From Bacillota bacterium (GTDB taxonomy: Bacteria; Bacillota; Clostridia; DSM-8532), in assembly GCA_023411795.1 (NCBI GenBank), contig JAEYOK010000027.1, forward strand, positions 62,609-126,608: DNA of 64,000 bases, in the 5' to 3' direction. Both the position numbers and the translations under genes were made by a program. Below are positions 9,922 to 18,800 of the stretch, in pieces. Within the stretch, counting starts at the first letter, position 1. Each line of letters opens with the position of its first letter. The notes under the pieces were generated by a model that was not told where the DNA came from, did no database searches, and was given only the letters and a program-made list of their open reading frames with translations.

Positions 9922-11562
9922 ATGGCTATATTTAATTCTGAAAGAAATATCCATGAGGAAAACTTAAAAGAATTAACAGCAGTTGAAAAAGTCATATGTG
10001 ATTACATTGCTCAGAATGGCTCCGATAATTATGACACTTTGATTTCTGCAGATGATAGATGGAAAGTATTCTATCATTTATCGGGTATGAGAAAATCGCT
10101 GCTTAATTGGTATGAGTTTAAAAAAGATTCGTCATTGCTTGAGGTTGGCGGAAGTTTTGGCGCTCTGACAGGGCTATTCTGTGACAGATGCAGAGAAGTT
10201 ACATCTGTCGAACGCTTCCTGCACAAGGCTGAGCAGATATATGAACGGCACAAAAACAGAGATAACCTTACCGTATATGCTGGCAGGATTGAAGATGTTC
10301 AGTTCAAAGATAAGTTCGACTATATAACAGTTATAGGAACACTCGAATATATAGCTAAAGGAAAGCCTGACAGAAGCATATACTCTGATTATCTCAAGAA
10401 ACTTAAAGGATTGCTTAAGCCCGGAGGGAAAATTCTTCTCGCTGTTGAAAATAGATACGGATTAAGGTATTTTTGCGGCGCTCCCAATCCCCATACCGGA
10501 GTACCATTCTCGGGAATTAATGGATATCCCCACAGCAATGATGGATATTCATTCAGCAAAAAAGAAATAACCGATGTTATTGAAACCGCAGGTTTTAAGT
10601 ATATGAAATTTTACTATCCCCTGCCTGATTATAAGCTTCCCCAGTTAATATACTCACAGGATTATATACCTCAAGCTAGTATTCGGGAAAGAGTAATCCC
10701 TTATTATTTGAACCCCTCATCTTTATTGGCATATGAGAATGATTTATATGATGATGTCATTGAAAACAAGGTTTTGGACTTCTTTTCAAACTCGTTCTTA
10801 ATTGAATGCTCTGATTCTGAATATTTCTGTGATGTTGTTTATGCGGCACTTTCCACCGACAGAGGACGTGAAGATGGTTTTGCCACTACTATCCACAGTA
10901 CAGACATCGCAAAGAAAACGGCTCTTTACCCTGAGGGAATTAGACGGCTGGAAACTATTACAAGAAACCATAAAGAGCTTGAAGACCGGAACATAAAAGT
11001 TGTTGAATCTAAACTCTCTGATAACGCCCTCCTTATGCCGTATATTCATGATGATACTTTATCGGATTACTTGAAAAAAATTATTAAGGTGGATAAAGAT
11101 ACGTTTGTATACCTATTTGACAAGCTTTTTGAGTGTATCCTGAAATCGTCAGGACATGTTTCAAAAGAGCATATTAAACTAAATTGTAAAGATTATTCTA
11201 TAGATTTTGGCACTATATTGGAAAAAGCATACATTGATATGATTCCCATAAACTGCTTTTATCGCAAAGGAGATTTCATTTTCTTTGATCAGGAGTTCAC
11301 AAGAGAGTTTTATCCGGCAAAATATGTGCTTTTCAGAGCATTAAAATATACCTATCACTTTATAAAAGAGGCAGATAATTTAATCACGCTGGAGTCGATG
11401 AAAAATAGGTATGGACTGTCCGGTTTATGGGACCTATTTGAAGAAGAAGAATATAACTTTGTTTCACAGAACAGGAAGTATGATGTAAACAGAGGTTTTT
11501 TCTCCCGTGCATATGTAGACAAAGAAAAAATTTATAGAAATGCTTTGGATTTATTGAAGTAA
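9922..11562 (+). CDS. Class I SAM-dependent methyltransferase fused to a protein-kinase-like/aminoglycoside-phosphotransferase-like C-terminal domain
   Basis: Motif I LLEVGGSFGALTG and motif LLKPGGKILLAVEN. The C-terminal half has AYIDMIPINCFY and DFIFFDQEF, resembling APH/choline-kinase catalytic motifs. Confidence 0.7.
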   Translation: MAIFNSERNIHEENLKELTAVEKVICDYIAQNGSDNYDTLISADDRWKVFYHLSGMRKSLLNWYEFKKDSSLLEVGGSFGALTGLFCDRCREVTSVERFLHKAEQIYERHKNRDNLTVYAGRIEDVQFKDKFDYITVIGTLEYIAKGKPDRSIYSDYLKKLKGLLKPGGKILLAVENRYGLRYFCGAPNPHTGVPFSGINGYPHSNDGYSFSKKEITDVIETAGFKYMKFYYPLPDYKLPQLIYSQDYIPQASIRERVIPYYLNPSSLLAYENDLYDDVIENKVLDFFSNSFLIECSDSEYFCDVVYAALSTDRGREDGFATTIHSTDIAKKTALYPEGIRRLETITRNHKELEDRNIKVVESKLSDNALLMPYIHDDTLSDYLKKIIKVDKDTFVYLFDKLFECILKSSGHVSKEHIKLNCKDYSIDFGTILEKAYIDMIPINCFYRKGDFIFFDQEFTREFYPAKYVLFRALKYTYHFIKEADNLITLESMKNRYGLSGLWDLFEEEEYNFVSQNRKYDVNRGFFSRAYVDKEKIYRNALDLLK

Positions 11563-11577
11563 AAGAGGAGAAATGTC

Positions 11578-14500
11578 ATGAATACTAGCAAGCTCATATC
11601 AATTGTTATTCCTGTATATAATACTGAGATCTATCTGGAGAGGTGTTTGCAAAGTCTGATAAACCAGACTTACCGCAATCTCCAGATTATTGTAGTCAAT
11701 GATGCTTCACCGGGAAATGTTAATGAAATTATGGAGCATTATCAAACCATAGATAATCGTATCGTATATATAGAGCACAAAAAAAACATTGGAGTCTTTA
11801 AGGCCAGAATTTCGGGCTTGCAGGCGGCAAACGGAGAATATATCTCATTTGTCGACAGCGACGATTATATAGGAACTGATTATTACCGTTTATTAATTTC
11901 TGAAGCAGAAAAAAGTCAGGCTGACATGGTTTTTTCCAGAACCGTACTAGTAGGTCAGGAGAAAACCGTCTTTGGAATGCATGAAGTAGCATTCCCAAAT
12001 GAAATTATTGACGGTGAAAGTATCTTTTTAGATTTTTTTCTTGCTCAGGAAGGAAGATGCTACAATTGGCATACCTTATGGAACAAGCTATATAAAAAGA
12101 CCCTATGGGATAAATGCCTTATCTTTTTTGATCAATACAAAGAACATATTAATATGATGGAAGATATAGCCTGCTCCTTTCCCTTATTTTATTATGCCCG
12201 AAAAATAAGCAAGGTTGAAAATAGTGTTTATTATTATTGCCAGAATACCGGAAGTGCTACTGATGCTAAGACAGCATCATTTGAAAAGCTTAAGAAAAAT
12301 CTTGCTGACACATTCAGAATATTTGAAATAGTCGAAGAATTTTTAAAATCAATCAATGCTTCTGATAAGGTATTCAGCAAATATTATGATTTCAGGAACT
12401 ACTATATAAGAGATTGGAAGAATGGTATAGAGTTTTTCAACGACTCCGAAGAAAGAAAGGTACTTACCGGTATGATTACATCCACATATGGTGAAATAGG
12501 TAATTATATATTGGATGACAGGTTCTTCAGATCAGTGCGAACAATCTGGAATGATGATATAGAAGAGATAAAGAAGAAAATCTGTAATCCTGAATATGAA
12601 TATATAAGCTTTGATATTTTTGATACTTTAGTCACAAGACCATTTTACAGACCTAGTGACTTATTCCATCTACTAGACAAACTTTTCGAGAAGATTTACA
12701 AAGCAAAATTAAGTTTCCACCAAATCAGAATAGATGGAGAGATAAGTGCAAGAGTAAATCTGCAAAAAAGCAGCTTAGGTTTCCAAGATATTACTATAGA
12801 TGAGATATATGATAGTATCAGTGAAATATACGGAATACCAGCAAACATTTGTTCAGCTTTGAGAGAAGAAGAGAAAAGACTTGAAATCTTCTTTTGCACC
12901 ATCAGGAAAACTACAAAAGAGCTGTTTGACCTTGCTAAATATTCAGGTAAAAAAATAATTCTTGTATCGGATATGTACCTCGACAAGAGTACTATTGAAA
13001 GCATTCTTCATAAAAATGGGTATACAGGTTACGAACGAATATTCCTTTCATCAGAAGAGCGGCTTCTTAAGCATACGGGAGACCTTTTCAAAAAAGTTCT
13101 TGGCGTTCTGAAGGTTGATGGAAGCAAAATCCTCCATATAGGTGATAACCATTACTGCGATGTGACCAAAGCGAATGAAGCCGGCTTACACACAGTATAT
13201 CTACCACGGACGATCAACGTTTTTGAAAACAAAGTAAAAGAGCTTGATACCAGAGAATGCAGTACTCTTGCACAAAATGTCAGCGGTGTAATACTTGATG
13301 GAAGCAGGTTTCTTGAGTCAGTTGGGTACGGCTCAATGATAGCAATTGTAGCAAACCATTACTTCGATAATCCGTTCCGTCCTTTTAACAGTGAGAGCGA
13401 TTATAATGCTGATCCATACTTTATAGGGTATTATGCTTTGGGGATGCATTTGGCGGGTTTAATAAACTGGATATTACAGCAATCTTACGTTTATAAAAGA
13501 ATCCTGTTTATGGCGCGTGATGGTTTTCTTGTAAAGCAGGCATATGATATATGGACTGCGTCTATGGACAATACCCCTGTATCGGATTATGTCTATGCTT
13601 CGCGGAAAATGCTTCTCCCAGCATCTATTGAAAATACTGCTGATTTTTTTAATCTGCCTATTGTATATAGCAGTTACAATGCCATATCAATTCTTGAGTT
13701 ATTGGACTTCTGCACAAATGATACGTCTGAAGAAATACGCAGTGCTATTTTTGAAGAAAACAAGATTCAGGAAAACCTAAATTTCAAGACGAAGAATGAA
13801 TATTTTGAATTTATGAAATTCTATTTAAAATATTTCTATAATGAGGAAAAGCATAATGACTCAAAACAGTTATTAAAAGAATACTATGACGGGATCAGTA
13901 ACGCAGACATTATATTTGATATAGGCTACACAGGCAGTGTACCGTATGCATTTAAGCAGATTTCAGGTAAATCTATTGACGCTTTATTTGTATATAGCAG
14001 TATTGCGAAGACTTCACAAATGAGTCGCAAGGGCAATTTCAAAATCAAAACTTTCTATGATTTTACTCCTGAGGTCCCAATGTTGTTGAGAGAGCATGTC
14101 TTATCCGCTCCTCACCCTTCATGTATAGGATTAAATCAAAAAAGTGATAAGATTATACCCATCTTCGAGGATACAGAAAAATCCTATACCGATACTTTCG
14201 TCATAAACAGGCTACATGAGGGGGCATTACAGTTTATTAAGGATTTCTCAGGGTATTTCAGGGATTATCTTGATTATACCATGTTTAAAAGCTATGAGGT
14301 TTCCATGCCATTTGAAGCTTTCCTCAGAATTCCTACAGGCAAGGACTTACAAATATTTGAAAGCTCCTATTTTGAGGATAAGGTTTATGGACGGCAAAAT
14401 GCTATTAATATTGCAAGATATATAGAAAACTATTACAAGTCATTGCCTCAGTATACCAGTAATAATATGGTAGAATCCCTAAGAGATTCTTTGATTGATA

Positions 14501-14796
14501 ACATAAAATATAACCGCAAGCTAGTTTGCTTTGGTACAGGGAAAAAATGTAGAGAATTTTTATCCGAATATCCCGATATCCCTGTGAGCTTTTTCTTGGA
14601 TAATGATAGAAAATTAGCCGGTACTTATTTGAATAATAAAGAGATACGGCATCCTGAGCAAGTTGATAACTGGAACAGCATTTATATAATAATTACTACG
14701 TATTATAGTTCCGAGATTGAAAAGCAGCTAAGAAACCTTGGTCTGGAAAAATACAAAAACTTTATTAGTTTTCAGGAGTTATTTGGCATTGCATAA
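11578..14796 (+). CDS. Multidomain GT2 glycosyltransferase - HAD-like hydrolase/phosphatase - 'RDG' module - Rossmann-like module fusion (1072 aa)
   Basis: N-terminus ISIVIPVYNTEIYLERCLQSLINQTYRNLQIIVVNDAS and FVDSDD are GT2 (GT-A) motifs. ISFDIFDTLVTRP, ILVSDMY and IGDNHYCD are HAD motifs I, II and IV. ILFMARDGFLVKQAY follows, and the C-terminus has KLVCFGTGKK...LDNDRKLAG. RBS GAGGAG. Confidence 0.8.
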   Translation: MNTSKLISIVIPVYNTEIYLERCLQSLINQTYRNLQIIVVNDASPGNVNEIMEHYQTIDNRIVYIEHKKNIGVFKARISGLQAANGEYISFVDSDDYIGTDYYRLLISEAEKSQADMVFSRTVLVGQEKTVFGMHEVAFPNEIIDGESIFLDFFLAQEGRCYNWHTLWNKLYKKTLWDKCLIFFDQYKEHINMMEDIACSFPLFYYARKISKVENSVYYYCQNTGSATDAKTASFEKLKKNLADTFRIFEIVEEFLKSINASDKVFSKYYDFRNYYIRDWKNGIEFFNDSEERKVLTGMITSTYGEIGNYILDDRFFRSVRTIWNDDIEEIKKKICNPEYEYISFDIFDTLVTRPFYRPSDLFHLLDKLFEKIYKAKLSFHQIRIDGEISARVNLQKSSLGFQDITIDEIYDSISEIYGIPANICSALREEEKRLEIFFCTIRKTTKELFDLAKYSGKKIILVSDMYLDKSTIESILHKNGYTGYERIFLSSEERLLKHTGDLFKKVLGVLKVDGSKILHIGDNHYCDVTKANEAGLHTVYLPRTINVFENKVKELDTRECSTLAQNVSGVILDGSRFLESVGYGSMIAIVANHYFDNPFRPFNSESDYNADPYFIGYYALGMHLAGLINWILQQSYVYKRILFMARDGFLVKQAYDIWTASMDNTPVSDYVYASRKMLLPASIENTADFFNLPIVYSSYNAISILELLDFCTNDTSEEIRSAIFEENKIQENLNFKTKNEYFEFMKFYLKYFYNEEKHNDSKQLLKEYYDGISNADIIFDIGYTGSVPYAFKQISGKSIDALFVYSSIAKTSQMSRKGNFKIKTFYDFTPEVPMLLREHVLSAPHPSCIGLNQKSDKIIPIFEDTEKSYTDTFVINRLHEGALQFIKDFSGYFRDYLDYTMFKSYEVSMPFEAFLRIPTGKDLQIFESSYFEDKVYGRQNAINIARYIENYYKSLPQYTSNNMVESLRDSLIDNIKYNRKLVCFGTGKKCREFLSEYPDIPVSFFLDNDRKLAGTYLNNKEIRHPEQVDNWNSIYIIITTYYSSEIEKQLRNLGLEKYKNFISFQELFGIA

Positions 14797-14825
14797 ATGA
14801 AAACATTAAAAAAGGAGAAATAATT

Positions 14826-15257
14826 ATGAAACCTTATAAAACTGGTTATATTGCGGGTGTTTTTGATTTATTTCACATAGGACACCTGAACCTTCTCCGA
14901 AAGGCAAAGGATAAATGTGAATACTTAATAGTGGGCATATTAACAGATGAACTGGTTCATCATTTTAAGAACAAGCTGCCTTTTATTAACCAGGATGACC
15001 GAAAAGAGATTGTACAGGCTATTAAATATGTTGATCAGACAGTTTTGGTTTCTTTTGATAATATCGATAAAATGAAAGCATGGGAATTATATCATTTTGA
15101 CTGCTTATTTTCCGGTGATGACTGGAGGAACGAGCCAAGCTGGGCTGCGGACAAAAAGAGACTGAATGAGGTTGGCTCAAACATCGAATTTTTCACATAT
15201 ACTCAAGGTATCAGCTCCACGCAAATTAGGAGCCAGATTCAAAATGAAAACAAATAG
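14826..15257 (+). CDS. tagD: Glycerol-3-phosphate cytidylyltransferase (TagD/TarD family)
   Basis: GVFDLFHIGHLNLLRKAK (HxGH motif) and YTQGISSTQIR match the TagD family, and the 143-aa size fits. RBS AGGAGA. Confidence 0.85.
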   Translation: MKPYKTGYIAGVFDLFHIGHLNLLRKAKDKCEYLIVGILTDELVHHFKNKLPFINQDDRKEIVQAIKYVDQTVLVSFDNIDKMKAWELYHFDCLFSGDDWRNEPSWAADKKRLNEVGSNIEFFTYTQGISSTQIRSQIQNENK

Positions 15258-15282
15258 AAAGATATGAATATTTTCTTCACTC

Positions 15283-16014
15283 TTATCCAAAGATCTGAGA
15301 GGTTTCTCTGGCATCAAGCATTGCCTTGAACATATAAAAATCTATCGCGGTCGTTACCTTTAGATTATCAGCAGAGCCTAATACCTGACGAAGTTTATGA
15401 CCGTAATAACTCATAAGTGACGCTGTATCAATAAAGTTCATTTTATTTTCTGAATTTGCTTTTTTATGAACGGCTAATACATCCTTAATATAAAAGCTCT
15501 GGGGTGCCTTTGCTACTCTTGCAGTATTACGATCAATAACCTGATCTATAAAACCTTCACTATTAACAGTGACAACCGTTTCATACTGATATGCGACAGT
15601 AACTCCGCTGCCATATTTTTTGACTGACTCGATATTTTGGGAAATCAGCTGTTGGTTTATCAAAGGCCTGACACCATCATGAAGCAGAACAATATCATCA
15701 TCCGAAAGGTCTACATTCTCTTCTATTTTTTTTAGTGCATTATAAATTGAACTCTGTACTGTTTCTCCGCCTTTAACAATCCACCTTACCTTTTTTATTC
15801 CAAAACGACATAATTCATTTTTAAGTGTTTCAATCCAGCTTTCAAGACATGCGACAACAATGAAATCAATATCTGGATGAAACTCAAAATGCTCTATCGT
15901 GTGTAATAAAATCGATTTGCCATGTAGCTCCAAAAATTGCTTCGGTTTGGTTTGACTATTCATGCGTACTCCGGTACCGCCTGCAAAAATAACTGCTATA
16001 TTCAATAGTGACAC
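15283..16014 (-). CDS. IspD/TarI-family cytidylyltransferase (CDP-ribitol / CDP-polyol synthase-like)
   Basis: N-terminal AVIFAGGTGVRM...KPKQFLELHGKSIL is typical of the IspD/TarI nucleotidyltransferase fold. GTG start. Convergent with tagD. Confidence 0.75.
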   Translation of the reverse strand: MSLLNIAVIFAGGTGVRMNSQTKPKQFLELHGKSILLHTIEHFEFHPDIDFIVVACLESWIETLKNELCRFGIKKVRWIVKGGETVQSSIYNALKKIEENVDLSDDDIVLLHDGVRPLINQQLISQNIESVKKYGSGVTVAYQYETVVTVNSEGFIDQVIDRNTARVAKAPQSFYIKDVLAVHKKANSENKMNFIDTASLMSYYGHKLRQVLGSADNLKVTTAIDFYMFKAMLDARETSQIFG

Positions 16015-16103
16015 AACCTCTCATTTTATTTAAGCAATTTCTCTATAATACTTATCGGTAAATTCATTAAAAAACTTATCCGGAACCATTTACGTAACCC
16101 GCT

Positions 16104-16135
16104 AAAAAGGCCCCGGATTTCATCTCCGGAGCCTT
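16104..16135 (-). terminator. Rho-independent terminator downstream of the MCP gene
   Basis: The minus strand reads AAGGCTCCGGAGATGAAATCCGGGGCCTTTTT, a GC-rich stem followed by a T-run. Confidence 0.7.
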
Positions 16136-16175
16136 ACATCTTTCTCGGTTAACAATACCATCCTAATCACAAAGT

Positions 16176-17903
16176 CTACATTTTAAACTTCGCAACAGTG
16201 CTTTGCATATCTTGAGCTAGTTGAGATAAATTTTCACTGGCTAATGTGAGCTCTTTTATTGATGCAACCTGCTGCACGGTCGATGAAGTCACTTCTTCGG
16301 TGGACGCAGAATTTTCCTCAGCAATTGCAGACAAGCTATCCAAAGTATTTAGAATAACATTTTTCATTTCAACCATTTCCTGTCCAGCTAAATTTAATTC
16401 TGAAATAGCTCGTTGAGATCCTTTCATTGCTTCATCAATCAATTTGTATTTTTCACTATTCTTTATGACACTTTCAGTCTGTTCCACTGTGATCTGGGAT
16501 ATCCTTTCCATAGTATTTACTGCATCTTGCGAATTCATTTGCAGTTCTTCAACTATTTGATCGATTGTTTTAATAGAATCGGTTGATTGTTCAGCCAACT
16601 TCTTAATTTGATCTGCCACGACTGCAAAGCCTCTTCCTGATTCTCCCGCTCTAGCAGCTTCTATAGCGGCATTTAAAGATAACATATTAGTCTGTTCTGC
16701 AATAGAAGCAATGATACTACTTGCCTGATTTATTTTTTGTGCGCTCTCGTATGTCTTTATTATGATATCATTAATAGTTTTGTTTGCTATATTGTTCTCG
16801 TCATTGATCTTAGTCAGTCTTTCGATTTCAGCAAGGCCTTCCCGGACAAATTCAGTAACATTAACAACGGCTTGGTTAATATTATTGGTCTGTTCGATAT
16901 CCTTATCGATAATATTCCCTAATAAGACCGCTTTTGAAGCCCCTGTTTCAGTATTTTGGGCTTGTTCTGACGCACCTTTTGCAATTTCGTCAACGGCTCT
17001 TGAAACTTCCTCTATGGCACTTGATGATTCCTGTGATGATGCAGTCATTTCCTGTGAGGTCGCGGCCAGCTGCTCAAATGATTCTTTAATCTGCGTGATA
17101 ACCCTTCGGAGGCTTTCTTTAATACTATTTAGCGATTGGGCTAAATCTCCGAGTTCGTCTTTTCTCGTTAGATCTTTTTCAGAAACTTCGATCCCGAGAT
17201 TTAGGCTTGCCAGTTGTTTGGAAAAATCCGCTGCATTTTTTATCGGTTTCGTAATACTACTTGACAATAATAACCCACTTACAAAAATAATCACAACTAA
17301 TAAGCCTATAATAATATTGCATGTTCTTTGGAACGTGGTAAGTCCTTCCTGTGCCAATTCAACACTGTAATCAACACCTACAAATCCGACAACAGCCCCT
17401 GCATCATTTTTGATAGGAAAATAAGTGCTTATAAGAGATCCCCACTTTTCATCTTCGAAGATTTCACTGTCTGTAAAAGCTTCACCGCTCCATGTCTGCT
17501 CATATTCCGGTATGGACTCTTCAGTGTCACCTATATGCGAAAAATCTTCATCAGTAGAGCCGTCTATCACATACATAAAGTCACCCTGATCGGTTTTTCT
17601 CATAGTATAAACATACTTTGCACCGCTTAATTCTCGAATCTTAATGAGATCATCTCTCATTTTGGTGTATGAAGGTGTATTCTCGTCTTCCATAGTTTCA
17701 AGCTTAACGAATTCATTTACATCTATTAGTTTACTTGCCTGCTCTGCTGTACTATAAGCTCTTATGGCAGTTTCCCTTAATAGCATTGATGAGGTTTGGT
17801 TGTATAATATTGCGATAAGCAAGAGGGTAAGAACTAATACAATAATTAGAAATAGCACTGTTATTCGCAATTTAATGCTTTTTTTCATAGATAAGTTTAT
17901 CAT
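16176..17903 (-). CDS. Methyl-accepting chemotaxis protein with N-terminal TM, Cache-like sensor, HAMP and MA signalling domain
   Basis: TM helix at aa 12-34 and a periplasmic-type sensor ending in [10 protein letters not shown] second TM follows, then a HAMP-like segment. The signalling hairpin [38 protein letters not shown] is conserved. Confidence 0.9.
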   Translation of the reverse strand: MINLSMKKSIKLRITVLFLIIVLVLTLLLIAILYNQTSSMLLRETAIRAYSTAEQASKLIDVNEFVKLETMEDENTPSYTKMRDDLIKIRELSGAKYVYTMRKTDQGDFMYVIDGSTDEDFSHIGDTEESIPEYEQTWSGEAFTDSEIFEDEKWGSLISTYFPIKNDAGAVVGFVGVDYSVELAQEGLTTFQRTCNIIIGLLVVIIFVSGLLLSSSITKPIKNAADFSKQLASLNLGIEVSEKDLTRKDELGDLAQSLNSIKESLRRVITQIKESFEQLAATSQEMTASSQESSSAIEEVSRAVDEIAKGASEQAQNTETGASKAVLLGNIIDKDIEQTNNINQAVVNVTEFVREGLAEIERLTKINDENNIANKTINDIIIKTYESAQKINQASSIIASIAEQTNMLSLNAAIEAARAGESGRGFAVVADQIKKLAEQSTDSIKTIDQIVEELQMNSQDAVNTMERISQITVEQTESVIKNSEKYKLIDEAMKGSQRAISELNLAGQEMVEMKNVILNTLDSLSAIAEENSASTEEVTSSTVQQVASIKELTLASENLSQLAQDMQSTVAKFKM

Positions 17904-17992
17904 GAATAGTACCTCTTAAATTTGTATTTTTTTATCTATTTTATCATATTATAATAATCTACAATATAATATTTTTTCTGGCATTTATCTAC

Positions 17993-18020
17993 AAAAAAAG
18001 GCCCGATTTCCCGGAGCCTT
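17993..18020 (-). terminator. Rho-independent terminator downstream of csrA
   Basis: The minus strand reads AAGGCTCCGGGAAATCGGGCCTTTTTTT. Confidence 0.65.
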
Positions 18021-18052
18021 ATTACTCAATTATTACAGTATAACTTCAGTTC

Positions 18053-18307
18053 TTATCCTTGCGAAGGTGTATTTTTATCCTTCTTTTTGAACTTATCATT
18101 AAGAATTTGAATATTGGTTTGTTTTCCTGCAACCGCAGTAATATTCTCTTTTTTGATTTCTTCAAAAATCTCCTTACGATGGATAGTAACACTTTTAGGG
18201 GCATTGATGCCAATTCGCACCTGATCCCCTTGTATATCAATTATTGATAATTCAATATCATGGCCAATCATGAGAGATTGCCCTTTTTTTCTTGTCAGTA
18301 CGAGCAT
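18053..18307 (-). CDS. csrA: Carbon storage regulator CsrA (flagellar-type)
   Basis: MLVLTRKKGQSLMIGHDIELSIIDIQGDQVRIGINAPKSVTIHRKEI is the canonical CsrA sequence. RBS GAGGAGTG. Confidence 0.95.
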   Translation of the reverse strand: MLVLTRKKGQSLMIGHDIELSIIDIQGDQVRIGINAPKSVTIHRKEIFEEIKKENITAVAGKQTNIQILNDKFKKKDKNTPSQG

Positions 18308-18344
18308 TGTATCACTCCTCAGAAGCCCGTCAGAGCTTCAATTT

Positions 18345-18776
18345 TTAGTTTGCTTTTCCAAGATAGTACCGTATTGGAAGGCTGTCATTCTTTTGAATTA
18401 CCTGTTTACCAAGCTTTTTATCCATGTTTATCAGTATCGGTGCCTTTAGATTAACCCTTATTTCATTTATCTCTTCCGGAATAACTACAATAGTCAAACT
18501 TAAAACCCGGTTGGTGTCAGTAATTCCCAGTAGTTCTACATCCTCGTCGTCCACATCCACTCCATATCCATCATAAACCATAAACGGGTCTGTGACAACA
18601 AAACATAATTCCGGCATATCTATACTCTGTAGCCAGAAGAATGTAGCCTCACCATCATCATTCCCTATTAGCATGTATTTTTTACTGTTTTCGAATCCAG
18701 GTATACCTTCTGGGAAATATATAAAATCCTCTTCATTAAAATCAATAACTCCAAAATGTCCTGTTTCCAACTGCAT
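18345..18776 (-). CDS. fliW: Flagellar assembly factor FliW
   Basis: 143 aa with FPEGIPGFE...FFWLQS...FVVTDPF motifs. Sits in the conserved position between flgL and csrA. Confidence 0.9.
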   Translation of the reverse strand: MQLETGHFGVIDFNEEDFIYFPEGIPGFENSKKYMLIGNDDGEATFFWLQSIDMPELCFVVTDPFMVYDGYGVDVDDEDVELLGITDTNRVLSLTIVVIPEEINEIRVNLKAPILINMDKKLGKQVIQKNDSLPIRYYLGKAN

Positions 18777-18800
18777 ATTAAAACCTCCGTTTTATTTATC

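Noticed and set aside
16762-17370. 202-aa ORF antisense to the MCP gene, and similar Ser/Leu-rich antisense ORFs (18940..19425, 46348..46701, 46717..47139, 31841..32197)
   Set aside because: These are shadow ORFs opposite well-supported genes, with low-complexity composition and no RBS.
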